Part shown: positions 1 through 8,605 of the stretch, piece after piece
How the letters are laid out: every line of letters starts with the position of its first letter
Numbering within the stretch: position 1 is the first letter of the stretch
Assembly (NCBI GenBank): GCA_965228485.1
Contig: OZ245819.1
Coordinates: forward strand, 780,001 to 812,000
Reading direction: 5' to 3'
DNA length: 32,000 nucleotides
Source: Candidatus Saccharimonadota bacterium
Lineage (GTDB): Bacteria; Patescibacteriota; Gracilibacteria; UBA4473
Translations under genes and position numbers: made by a program
The notes under the pieces: generated by a model
What the model was told of the DNA's origin: nothing
Seen by the model: the letters and a program-made list of their open reading frames with translations, nothing else
Database searches by the model: none

Positions 1-1
1 G

Positions 2-2068
2 AGAAGAATCCCGGAGGTTCTTGATTGTTGGTTTGAGAGCGGAAGTATGCCCTATGCCAGCAGACATTTTCCATTTGAAAAAGAACATGATCAGTCTGCA
101 CAAGACTTCCGAAGTGCCAACTTTATTTCCGAAGGGATGGACCAAACTCGAGGGTGGTTTTACACTCTTCACGTTCTAGGAACGGCTTTGTTTGGTAAAA
201 ACATCTTCGATAATGTCATCTGTAGTGGAATAGTTTTGGCAGAAGACGGAGAAAAAATGTCAAAATCCAAAAAAAACTATCCTGACCCAGGACTAATCTT
301 TGAAAAATATGGAGCGGATGCCATGCGTTTTTACCTTCTACAATCTCCTGTGGCAACAAAAGGAGAAAATCTAAAATTTTCAGAAAGGGAAGTTGAGGAA
401 GTTCTAAAAAATATCATTCTTCCATTAAAAAATGCATACCAGTTTTTATCAATGTATGCCAATATCGATGGTTGGGCACCAACGAAGTTTACACTTATCC
501 GACACGGAGAGGCTGAGCACAATGTAGCCCGCATCTATTCTGGGAAAGCCTCAAACCCACACCATTTAACCAAAGATGGGAAAGTTCAAGCTGAAAAATT
601 AGCCCAGAACATTACCCCAGTAGACGTCCTTGTGGCTTCTCCACTAGTACGGACACAAGAGACCGCTAAAGTAATTGCCGAAGTACAAGGTTTTAACGAA
701 AAAATTATAACCGACGAACGATTTAAAGAAGTAGACTTTGGTGAACTTGAAGGGAGGACCTACATTGGACCAGAGCAAAGATTAAAAGAACCTTCTACCG
801 AGCCATTAGAATCAATTCAAAAACGTTCTCTGGCTGGACTCAAAGAATTAAAAGAAACTCATCAAGGTTCACACATCGGAATTGTAAGTCATGGAGGGAC
901 AATACGTAGCCTCCAAACAGCTTTACACGGAATCACGAAACAAGAAAAACACTTGGAGTTTCCAGCGATTGGAACTGGACAATCTCAGATTGCATTCTGC
1001 CCACCTGAAAGTGAAAATGAACTGGATCAATGGATTATGTCTGAATTACAGACACTAATTGAAAACTACAAAACAGACTTCGATCAATATGATACCGAAG
1101 GCGCGTGTAGGGCAATCTTGCCATTTATTGATAAACTAAATAATTGGTACTTGCGACGAAGCCGAAAGCGATTCTGGGCTGAAGGCTTGGATGCCGATAA
1201 GCAAAATGCCTACGAAACTCTACACTATACACTCTTTACGGTGAGTAAAATTCTAGCACCAATTATGCCATTTTTTGCTGATTGGCTTTACCAGAAAACT
1301 TCTGGTGAACAAAGTCGATCTGTTCATGTAGATTTTGTCCCATTTTCTATAACATCATATAAAAATGAAGCATTAGAAACAAAAGTGGGACTTGCTCGAG
1401 ACATTGTTCGGCTTGCCGCTTCTATTCGATCTCGTCAAAAAATAAAATTAAGACAACCACTACAAAAACTGCAGTTTGCTCTTACTCAAGAGGCGGATCT
1501 AGATCTTGAAACTATTGCCAATGAAGCCAATGTAAAAAAAGTTGAAATCCTCCAATCAGTTGATGGTATTGCTCAACAAATTATTAAAGTTGATGCCCGG
1601 AAAGTAGGACGAAAATTTGGAAAGAAAGTCCAAACATTAATCCAAGCAGGAAAGTCTGGTGATTTCAGTATCCTGCCAGACGGAAAAGTCGAAATCATGG
1701 ACGAAGTACTCGAAGCTGATGAATACGAGTTAGCTTTTATTACCGAAGAAGGAGTAGAGGCCGACGCCACCCCAGATGTAGTTGTGATTCTCAATACTGA
1801 AATAACAGAAGACTTAGCCCAAGAAGGACTTAGTCGAGAAGTTATCAGAAGTATTCAAGACTTAAGAAAACAAACCGGATTTGAAATTAGTGATCGCATT
1901 GAAATTATATTTGAAACTAATGATGAAATGCTCAAAACGATGTTTGTAAGTTTTGGGGATAACATTGCTCAAGAAGTTCTTGCTACAAATATTACAGAAG
2001 GATCGGGAGAACATCTCGTTGAAATTGAAGGAAGAAGCTTGAAGCTATCACTTAATAAACACTCATGA
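2..2068 (+). CDS. ileS: Isoleucyl-tRNA synthetase, 3' portion; the 5' end lies outside the window. Carries an internal inserted domain.
   Basis: The reading frame is open from nt 2 (RRIPEVLDCWFESGSMPYA...), so the ATG at 47 is internal. Has the class I KMSKS motif (GEKMSKSKKNYPDP), FISEGMDQTRGWFYTL, and an anticodon-binding region (LNNWYLRRSRKRFW), typical of type-2 IleRS. Confidence 0.93.
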   Translation, partial: RRIPEVLDCWFESGSMPYASRHFPFEKEHDQSAQDFRSANFISEGMDQTRGWFYTLHVLGTALFGKNIFDNVICSGIVLAEDGEKMSKSKKNYPDPGLIFEKYGADAMRFYLLQSPVATKGENLKFSEREVEEVLKNIILPLKNAYQFLSMYANIDGWAPTKFTLIRHGEAEHNVARIYSGKASNPHHLTKDGKVQAEKLAQNITPVDVLVASPLVRTQETAKVIAEVQGFNEKIITDERFKEVDFGELEGRTYIGPEQRLKEPSTEPLESIQKRSLAGLKELKETHQGSHIGIVSHGGTIRSLQTALHGITKQEKHLEFPAIGTGQSQIAFCPPESENELDQWIMSELQTLIENYKTDFDQYDTEGACRAILPFIDKLNNWYLRRSRKRFWAEGLDADKQNAYETLHYTLFTVSKILAPIMPFFADWLYQKTSGEQSRSVHVDFVPFSITSYKNEALETKVGLARDIVRLAASIRSRQKIKLRQPLQKLQFALTQEADLDLETIANEANVKKVEILQSVDGIAQQIIKVDARKVGRKFGKKVQTLIQAGKSGDFSILPDGKVEIMDEVLEADEYELAFITEEGVEADATPDVVVILNTEITEDLAQEGLSREVIRSIQDLRKQTGFEISDRIEIIFETNDEMLKTMFVSFGDNIAQEVLATNITEGSGEHLVEIEGRSLKLSLNKHS
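482..1006 (+). other. Histidine phosphatase (phosphoglycerate-mutase-like) domain inserted in-frame within IleRS
   Basis: FTLIRHGEAEHN (RHG at nt 500-508), ASPLVRTQETA, and IVSHGGTIRS (SHGG at nt 887-898). It lies between the IleRS segments ...SMYANIDGW and ...ELDQWIMSELQ. Confidence 0.8.
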
Positions 2069-2472
2069 AACCAAAAGTCTCTCTCATCAGTCTCGGGGTT
2101 AATGATTTAAAAATTGCTCGAAAATTTTATGAAGCCCTAGGTTTTGAAACTTTAACAGAAGAAAATACTGATAGTATTGTTTTTTTCAAACTGGCTAATG
2201 AAAATATGTTACTCGGACTTTATCCAAAAGATAAACTCGCTGAGGATGCTACTATTCCCAATGACGGCACCGGATTTTCTGGCTTTACCCTAGCACACAA
2301 TGTTGCTAATCCAGATCGTGTTGATCAGACTCTCCAAGAAGCCGTAAATGCCGGTGCAAAATTGGTAAAACCAGGGCAAAACGTCTTTTGGGGAGGATAT
2401 TCAGGATACTTTTCAGATCCAGATGGATTTTTATGGGAAGTAGCCCATAACCCTTTTATGGACCTCACATGA
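2065..2472 (+). CDS. VOC / glyoxalase-bleomycin-resistance family protein
   Basis: 135 aa. The N-terminal LISLGVNDLKIARKFYEALGFE and C-terminal GYFSDPDGFLWEVAHNP are typical of VOC beta-alpha-beta-beta-beta modules. ATGA overlap with ileS. Confidence 0.75.
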   Translation: MKPKVSLISLGVNDLKIARKFYEALGFETLTEENTDSIVFFKLANENMLLGLYPKDKLAEDATIPNDGTGFSGFTLAHNVANPDRVDQTLQEAVNAGAKLVKPGQNVFWGGYSGYFSDPDGFLWEVAHNPFMDLT

Positions 2473-2957
2473 AAACTGCAGAACTGATTTCTAGGTGGCT
2501 AGAGAATGAAAAAATTCCTTATGAAGTATTTCAACATCGAGCTTTCCACCGAGTAGAAGATACTATTGGAGAATATGAAAAGATGGGATTTTCTGATAAT
2601 AAGAGTCTGTTTTTAAGAGATGAAAAAAAACGGAAGTTTTTTCTTGTAGTTATGAAAGGAGAAACTCGAGCGGATCTAAAAAAAATTGCCGAAATTTTCG
2701 ATGAAAAACGGCTCAGCTTCGCCAATGACCAATTCTTAAATGACTATTTAAAAACAACACCAGGATCTGTATCACCATTAGGGCTAATTTTCGACATTAA
2801 TACCAGTATCCAGGTTTTATTTGATCAAGACTTATTAGATTCAGAATTTGTTGGGTTTCATCCCAATGACAACCAACAAACTTGGAAATTTTTGACGACT
2901 GATTTTGAAAAGTTTCTAGATTCTTTGCCTCACAATATAACTACCACTAGCCTATGA
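2469..2957 (+). CDS. YbaK/ProX-type aminoacyl-tRNA trans-editing deacylase domain protein
   Basis: 162 aa. KSLFLRDEKK...FLVV, a GSVSPLGL motif and the overall size match the YbaK/prolyl-tRNA synthetase-associated domain. ATGA overlaps on both sides. Confidence 0.72.
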   Translation: MKTAELISRWLENEKIPYEVFQHRAFHRVEDTIGEYEKMGFSDNKSLFLRDEKKRKFFLVVMKGETRADLKKIAEIFDEKRLSFANDQFLNDYLKTTPGSVSPLGLIFDINTSIQVLFDQDLLDSEFVGFHPNDNQQTWKFLTTDFEKFLDSLPHNITTTSL

Positions 2958-3529
2958 TACAATTGCAAAACCAAATCTATGTAATGCGCCACGGGCAGTC
3001 AGAAAATAATGTCCTAGGAATCGAATCCTGCCATATTGAAACTCAACAAAAATTTGGACTTACCGCTACTGGACAAGCCCAAGCACACCAAAGCGCCCAA
3101 CAGTTTTCTGAATTTGACATTATTTATAGCTCTCCTTTTCGAAGGGCCCAAGAAACTGCGGCCATCGTCCAAGAATATGCTCAGTGTGAAATTATAACCG
3201 AACACGGATTTCGTGAATATAATATGTGCTATTTTGATCAACGCCCGTATCACGAAGCCGATCAATATATTCATGATCCTGCTAATAATATTTTTAATAC
3301 CCCGGTTGGCAAAGGAGATAGCTTCTTGACTATGTACGATCGCATGAAAAATGCCTTACTAGAAGTTGATGATACTCACGAAAATCGATCTATTCTTGTT
3401 GTAAGCCACGGTTCTCCAATTGAAGCCTTACTGCAATTGATGAAAAACGAATGCAACGGCTTTGGACCTTTTGAAAATATCCCAAAAAACGCTGAAATAA
3501 TTCATCTCAATAACCTCCTATTTAAATGA
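2954..3529 (+). CDS. Histidine phosphatase family protein (PGAM-like), free-standing
   Basis: IYVMRHGQSENN (RHG), SSPFRRAQETA and LVVSHGSPIEAL (second catalytic His). 191 aa. Confidence 0.85.
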   Translation: MIQLQNQIYVMRHGQSENNVLGIESCHIETQQKFGLTATGQAQAHQSAQQFSEFDIIYSSPFRRAQETAAIVQEYAQCEIITEHGFREYNMCYFDQRPYHEADQYIHDPANNIFNTPVGKGDSFLTMYDRMKNALLEVDDTHENRSILVVSHGSPIEALLQLMKNECNGFGPFENIPKNAEIIHLNNLLFK

Positions 3530-4779
3530 TGTTTAACCAAAAAGTTGAAACCGTAAAAGAAAGCTTGAGAAGCCTCTTTCCTGCTACTCCACTACAGTAT
3601 AATCATTTTCTATCTAAAAAATATGAGGCTGATATTTACATAAAAAGAGAAGACCTTACTCCTGTACGAAGCTATAAAATTCGTGGAGCTTTTAACCTTA
3701 TTTCATCAATTTTAGAAGCCGATAAATCTGCCAATGAAGCTCAATTTGTTTGTGCTAGTGCGGGAAATCATGCTCAAGGATTCGCCTATGCCTGTAAATT
3801 TTTTAAAGTAAAAGGCACGGTTTTCATGCCCGTTACGACCCCCCAACAGAAAATTAATAAAACTCGAGTCTTTGGTGGAAAATATGTAGAGATAAAACTA
3901 ATAGGAGATATCTTCGACCAGGCATATATTGCCGCTCAAGAATTTTGCAAAGAAGTAAATGGAACTCTTGTTCCCCCTTTTGATCATCCTAAAATTATAG
4001 AGGGGCAGGCCACAGTGGCGGCAGAAATACTCAATCAAATAAAAGATCCTATCGATTATCTTGTTATGCCCGTTGGAGGTGGCGGATTATCAGCTGGAGC
4101 TTCTGAATTTTTTCGAGCAGCCTCTCCGCAAACCAAACTCATTTGCTGTGAACCAGCAGGAGCCCCAAGTCTAGCTAAAAATCTTACAGAAAAAAAACAT
4201 TTTTCTTTAGATTCTATAGATACTTTTGTTGATGGAGCCTCCGTCGCACTTATTGGAGAACACAATTACGAAATCCTCAGTAAAAATATTAAGGAGCCCG
4301 TAAAACTAGTGCCAGAAAATCGCCTTTGCTCAACTCTTTTAGAATTCTTAAATCATGAAGGAATCGTTCTTGAGCCAGCAGGAGCTCTTTCCATCGATGT
4401 ACTCAAAAATTTTGACCCAGCAGAACTCAAAAACAAAACTATTGTTTGTATTGCCTCCGGGGGAAACTTTGATTTTGAAAGACTCCCAGAAGTAAAAGAA
4501 CGATCTATGAAATATGAAGGATTAAAAAAATACTTCATACTCAGACTACCTCAACGTCCAGGAGCCTTGAGAGAGTTCTTGAATTTATTGGGGCCAAATG
4601 ATGATATTTCACGGTTTGAATACCTAAAAAAATCTTCTAAAAACTTTGGATCCATCTTGCTTGGGATAGAGACATCGAATAGAGACAATTTTGAGACCTT
4701 ACGTGAAACAATGGAGCAGCATGGATTCCGCATGAAAGACGTAACTCATGATGAGATTTTAGCAGACTTTATTATCTAA
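3526..4779 (+). CDS. ilvA: Threonine ammonia-lyase (threonine dehydratase), short form with one C-terminal regulatory domain
   Basis: PLP-dependent fold: IYIKREDLTPVRSYKIRGAFN, SAGNHAQG, and a GGGGL glycine loop. The C-terminal ~90 aa are ACT-like. At 417 aa it resembles the Bacillus-type IlvA. Confidence 0.9.
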   Translation: MMFNQKVETVKESLRSLFPATPLQYNHFLSKKYEADIYIKREDLTPVRSYKIRGAFNLISSILEADKSANEAQFVCASAGNHAQGFAYACKFFKVKGTVFMPVTTPQQKINKTRVFGGKYVEIKLIGDIFDQAYIAAQEFCKEVNGTLVPPFDHPKIIEGQATVAAEILNQIKDPIDYLVMPVGGGGLSAGASEFFRAASPQTKLICCEPAGAPSLAKNLTEKKHFSLDSIDTFVDGASVALIGEHNYEILSKNIKEPVKLVPENRLCSTLLEFLNHEGIVLEPAGALSIDVLKNFDPAELKNKTIVCIASGGNFDFERLPEVKERSMKYEGLKKYFILRLPQRPGALREFLNLLGPNDDISRFEYLKKSSKNFGSILLGIETSNRDNFETLRETMEQHGFRMKDVTHDEILADFII

Positions 4780-4844
4780 AAGCTGTCACAAAATAATCAG
4801 ACTATCGTAAAAACTATTGAATTTCGCTTTATATAAGGAAATTA

Positions 4845-4873
4845 TTGACATATTCCGAGCGATTTTCTAAATT
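4845..4873 (+). promoter_or_regulatory. Sigma70-like promoter, TTGACA-17 nt-TAAATT
   Basis: TTGACA at 4845-4850, 17-nt spacer, TAAATT at 4868-4873, about 35 nt upstream of the ATG at 4908. Confidence 0.45.
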
Positions 4874-4907
4874 GATGTCCGAAAAATCATTTTATTAACC
4901 TACATTA

Positions 4908-5327
4908 ATGATGAACAAAACTCTACTGATGGCCGCTTTACTCGCAGCGCCAAGCCTAACTTTCGCGGGTGGAATGGGAAACATGAGCTACTCTGATATG
5001 ATGAATCGAGCTCAATCTGGTACAACAACAGTTAACGCTCCTTCATTTGGAAGTACTGAAGATCCAGCAAGTATTCTCGAATCTCGAGAAGTAACTGGAT
5101 CTGAAAACGAAGATTACGTTCGATACAGTTTTGGATACATCCCAAATAGTTACTGGGATCAATATCTAGACCTAGGAGACGTAAATGGTTTCGTTGAACT
5201 AGAAGAATACCTAGGAGAAACTGAACGAGAAGTTTACACGGCAGGAGAAGATTCTGAACGAGAAGCTGAACGACAAGAACGAGCTCGAAACAAAGCTCTT
5301 CGACTTCGATCAACTTACGGATACTAA
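4908..5327 (+). CDS. Small secreted acidic protein, unknown function
   Basis: N-terminal signal peptide (MMNKTLLMAALLAAPSLTFAGG) and an acidic, charged C-terminus. Has its own promoter and terminator. Confidence 0.6.
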   Translation: MMNKTLLMAALLAAPSLTFAGGMGNMSYSDMMNRAQSGTTTVNAPSFGSTEDPASILESREVTGSENEDYVRYSFGYIPNSYWDQYLDLGDVNGFVELEEYLGETEREVYTAGEDSEREAERQERARNKALRLRSTYGY

Positions 5328-5345
5328 TCCTTTAGAAAGATTAAA

Positions 5346-5383
5346 TAAAAAAGAACGACTCAGCTGAGTCGTTCTTTTTTTGT
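5346..5383. terminator. Bidirectional intrinsic terminator
   Basis: Perfect 13-bp palindrome AAGAACGACTCAG/CTGAGTCGTTCTT (5351-5376), flanked by an A-run and a T-run, between convergent genes. Confidence 0.75.
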
Positions 5384-5389
5384 TCTTAA

Positions 5390-6646
5390 CTAATTTTTTC
5401 GTTTTACCTTAGGTTGATCCAATTGCCAATTAACAAGTTTTTGCTGACCGATCCCAAAGATTGTTGATGTTAACCAGTAAACTCCAACTGCGGCTGGAAA
5501 AGTTGCGGTAAATACTGCAATCATAACCGGTAACATCCACAGCATCATTTTTTGCATTTGTTCCATTTGTGCCTGCATACCTTCTACACCACCCGTATTG
5601 GCTTTTTTATCTTTTCCTTTAGACTTATTGTCATTGTTTTTCTTCGCCGCAATCATTGAAAGCTTAATGGCCAAGAATTGGGCCGCCCCAACAAGTACCG
5701 GCAGAACTAAAACATTTGGAACTTCCAGGTTGAGTCCAAAAAAGTAGTGATCTACCAATGATAGATCAAAATTACTAAAAAAAGAATAAAGCAAGTGATT
5801 CTGATGCGGAGAGAGTCCATCTTTGACTACTAGATAGATACCAATTAAAAACGGCATTTGCATAAGCATTGGCCAACAAGAACTCATGGGGTTTATCTTG
5901 TGCTTTTTATAGAGCTCCATTGTTTTAAGCGCCAAAACTTGTTGATTTTTCCCATGCTTTTTACGGATAGCTTCCATCTCTGGTTGCATCTTTTGAAGCT
6001 TTCTTTGAGACTTCATCGCCGTTTGATTCCAAGGAAACAAAATAATTCGAACAACAATGGTCATACAAATAATCGCCCACCCAAGCACATGTCCTGGTAA
6101 ATACTCTAAAAAGAATACTAAAAGGTTAAACAATGGTTGGGTAATAAGCGTTCTGAAAGTTTTTCTTATAAATCCTGCTTCTTTTACTTCCAGAATATCT
6201 GTGGTTACACTTTGATTTTCACCACCAGAAACAAAGTTTAAAGTCGCTTCATAATCGCCCGCTTCTTGCCAGAGAATATGGTTTATCTCAGGAAAAGCCA
6301 AAACTGCAGATTCTCCCGCTGGAAGCACTAACTCGGCAGTACTACTACATTCTGGAATCTCCAAAGCTAGATTTTTCCCACTAATTTTACGATTTACACT
6401 CAAACTTTCCGTATTTTGACAAACAGAACTCCATCCAACGGCTTGATCTGTAAAATTTGTAACTTTTAACCGAACAAGCTGCCCAGAAACTGGCGTTTCA
6501 TCTACCCATTCCAAAATAATACCTTCTAGAGTTGGTTTATCGGCCTCTTTCTTGTCTTGCCATAAAGAGTATCCCCAAAACATAAGGTAAAAAAGACTGA
6601 ACCAAATAATAAAGTTCTTCAGCGCATCCAAGATATTCTTATTCAT
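5390..6646 (-). CDS. yidC: Membrane protein insertase YidC/Oxa1 family with an N-terminal extracytoplasmic domain
   Basis: FPWNQTAMKSQRKLQKMQPEMEAIRKKHGKNQQ...MELYKKHKINPMSSCWPMLMQMPFLIGIY. Lies downstream of rnpA, the conserved arrangement. Confidence 0.9.
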   Translation of the reverse strand: MNKNILDALKNFIIWFSLFYLMFWGYSLWQDKKEADKPTLEGIILEWVDETPVSGQLVRLKVTNFTDQAVGWSSVCQNTESLSVNRKISGKNLALEIPECSSTAELVLPAGESAVLAFPEINHILWQEAGDYEATLNFVSGGENQSVTTDILEVKEAGFIRKTFRTLITQPLFNLLVFFLEYLPGHVLGWAIICMTIVVRIILFPWNQTAMKSQRKLQKMQPEMEAIRKKHGKNQQVLALKTMELYKKHKINPMSSCWPMLMQMPFLIGIYLVVKDGLSPHQNHLLYSFFSNFDLSLVDHYFFGLNLEVPNVLVLPVLVGAAQFLAIKLSMIAAKKNNDNKSKGKDKKANTGGVEGMQAQMEQMQKMMLWMLPVMIAVFTATFPAAVGVYWLTSTIFGIGQQKLVNWQLDQPKVKRKN

Positions 6647-6664
6647 CTAATGAAAATTAAATAT

Positions 6665-6997
6665 TTATTTTTTGAGATAATTGACGAATGATTCTACCGC
6701 CAAATCCAAATCCCCGCTATTGTCTGGAATCGAGCTTCCTTTGTAAAGACAGATTACGTTAAAAGGTATTTTTGAATCGAGTAATTTTTCGCGAAACAAG
6801 GCGTAAACTTTTCTTCTAAAGGCATTTCTTTTTACCGCTCGTTTATCAGCCTTCTTGCTAATAACCACCGCATACTTTGGTGGAAAATTTCTACTGGGAC
6901 TATATAAAAACAAAAAATCCCTCGTTCGGAAGGATTCCATGCGTTTTCTGAAAAGCTCAAAGTTATCCCGAGTAAACCGGTGAACCTTCGGTAACAT
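6665..6997 (-). CDS. rnpA: Ribonuclease P protein component
   Basis: 110 aa, basic. Starts MLPKVHRFTR and has a KKADKRAVKRNAFRRK motif. Sits between rpmH and yidC. Confidence 0.85.
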   Translation of the reverse strand: MLPKVHRFTRDNFELFRKRMESFRTRDFLFLYSPSRNFPPKYAVVISKKADKRAVKRNAFRRKVYALFREKLLDSKIPFNVICLYKGSSIPDNSGDLDLAVESFVNYLKK

Positions 6998-7003
6998 AAT
7001 AAA

Positions 7004-7156
7004 CTAAGTCCAAGGATTTTCTTTTGGAGTCACGGTTAAACGTTTTCGCCCTTTAGCTCTCCGTCGAGCCAATACTGCTCGTCCGTTTTTCGTTTGCATT
7101 CGAGCCCGGAACCCGTGAGTTCGCATTCGTTTTCTCCAACGTCGTTTTGCAAGCAT
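7004..7156 (-). CDS. rpmH: 50S ribosomal protein L34 (not in the ORF track because it is too short)
   Basis: Hand translation gives [50 protein letters not shown]. It contains the L34 signature [28 protein letters not shown]. Confidence 0.93.
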   Translation of the reverse strand: MLAKRRWRKRMRTHGFRARMQTKNGRAVLARRRAKGRKRLTVTPKENPWT

Positions 7157-7165
7157 GTTTTTTAA

Positions 7166-7196
7166 ATTATCGTCAAGAGTGTCGGCAATCTAGCAA
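7166..7196 (-). promoter_or_regulatory. Candidate rpmH promoter, TTGCTA-19 nt-GATAAT (weak)
   Basis: On the minus strand, GATAAT at 7166-7171 lies only 9 nt from the rpmH ATG, and TTGCTA is at 7191-7196. The 19-nt spacer is long. Confidence 0.25.
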
Positions 7197-7303
7197 AGTC
7201 GAGATTAATGTCAAATCTTATTGATGTAGTACAAACGACTTTATCTTTTTTGTTTTCGCAAAAAATACGAATATTATGTGGCCAAATTTGTACAAACAAA
7301 AAC

Positions 7304-8605
7304 ATGGCTCCTTCTCAAACGGCTTTCGATAATTTTTTGAAGAATCTATACGAAGCGGCACAAATACTCTCTCTAGAAGATAAAATTGTTCAAAAAATAC
7401 AAACCCCCGAAAATATTTTTGAAAAAGAAATTAGCTTCAAACGAGACGATGGAACCATAGAGACTGTCAATGGTTATCGAGTACAACACAACTCTTCTCG
7501 AGGACCTTACAAAGGTGGTATACGATTTCACCCAGAAGCAGATCTAGAGGAGGTAAAAACTCTCGCTTCATTGATGAGCCTCAAATGTGCTGTTGTAAAT
7601 ATTCCCCTTGGAGGCGGAAAAGGAGGAGTCCAAGTAAATCCTAAGGGACTTTCTAAAAAAGAGCTTGAACAGCTTTCCCGAGCCTATTTTAAGGCCGGAA
7701 CTGAAGCCAAAATTTTTGGAGAACAAAAAGATATCCCCGCTCCTGATGTCTACACCAATCCTCAAGTGATGGCCTGGATGATGGATGAATATGAAACTAT
7801 CGTTGGCTACAAAGCCCCTGGAGTTATAACTGGGAAGCCAGTAGAAATCGGTGGAAGCCTTGGAAGAAACTACGCTACGGCTCAAGGGGGATTTTTTGTT
7901 CTTCAAGATTATCTTAAAAAAACAGGGAAAAAACCTGAAGAAACAACTATTGCTATCCAAGGATTTGGTAATGCTGGAGCTTATTTTGCAGAAATTGCTG
8001 ATCGAGCAGGATTTAGAGTTGTCGCTGCTAGTGACTCTAGTGGAGCTATTTTTTGTGCAGGAGATCAATGTGAAATTCCAAAACTTAAAGAGTATAAAAC
8101 AACCTTTGGATCCTTAAGGGGAAACTTTTGCGAGGGAGATCTTTGCGATATCGAAAAAATGTCTGCCGAGAAGGTAAAAATACTCACTAACGAAGAACTT
8201 TTGCATCTTGATGTAGACGTTTTAGTGCTTGCTGCACTCGATGGAGTGATTAACAAAGAAAATGCTGAGACGATAAAAGCTCCTATTATTCTAGAGCTAG
8301 CCAACGGACCAGTAACAAACGAAGCTGATCAAATTCTCTTTAAAAACGACATTACCGTTATTCCTGATATTTTGGCTAATGCTGGAGGAGTAACCGTTTC
8401 TTATTTTGAATGGGTTCAAAACAGGTCCGGTGATGTCTGGGAAGAAAATTATGTGAATGAAAAATTACACAAGGTTATGAGTAATGCCTTCACAGATTTA
8501 CTAAAAACCCAATCTAGTTACGAATCTATATCACTGCGTCAGGCCGCTTTTGTGTTATCACTCGAAAGAATTATAAACGCTATGCAACTAAGAGGTCAGC
8601 TCTAA
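7304..8605 (+). CDS. gdhA: Glutamate dehydrogenase (Glu/Leu/Phe/Val dehydrogenase family)
   Basis: GYRVQHNSSRGPYKGGIRFHP, NIPLGGGKGG (catalytic Lys region) and GFGNAG (Rossmann fold). The ORF opens at 7208, but family N-termini align with the Met at 7304 (MAPSQTAFDNF...). Confidence 0.9.
   Translation: MAPSQTAFDNFLKNLYEAAQILSLEDKIVQKIQTPENIFEKEISFKRDDGTIETVNGYRVQHNSSRGPYKGGIRFHPEADLEEVKTLASLMSLKCAVVNIPLGGGKGGVQVNPKGLSKKELEQLSRAYFKAGTEAKIFGEQKDIPAPDVYTNPQVMAWMMDEYETIVGYKAPGVITGKPVEIGGSLGRNYATAQGGFFVLQDYLKKTGKKPEETTIAIQGFGNAGAYFAEIADRAGFRVVAASDSSGAIFCAGDQCEIPKLKEYKTTFGSLRGNFCEGDLCDIEKMSAEKVKILTNEELLHLDVDVLVLAALDGVINKENAETIKAPIILELANGPVTNEADQILFKNDITVIPDILANAGGVTVSYFEWVQNRSGDVWEENYVNEKLHKVMSNAFTDLLKTQSSYESISLRQAAFVLSLERIINAMQLRGQL

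Noticed and set aside
482-1006. Whether the IleRS insertion could be an intein or a mobile intron product.
   Set aside because: There are no intein splice-junction residues (no Cys/Ser/Thr at the N-junction and no HN + Cys/Ser/Thr at the C-junction) and no homing-endonuclease motifs. The insert has a full histidine-phosphatase signature instead.
7208-7303. A 32-codon N-terminal extension of the glutamate dehydrogenase ORF.
   Set aside because: The extension (MSNLIDVVQTTLSFLFSQKIRILCGQICTNKN) has no counterpart in the family. The Met at 7304 aligns with typical GDH N-termini and leaves room for divergent promoters.
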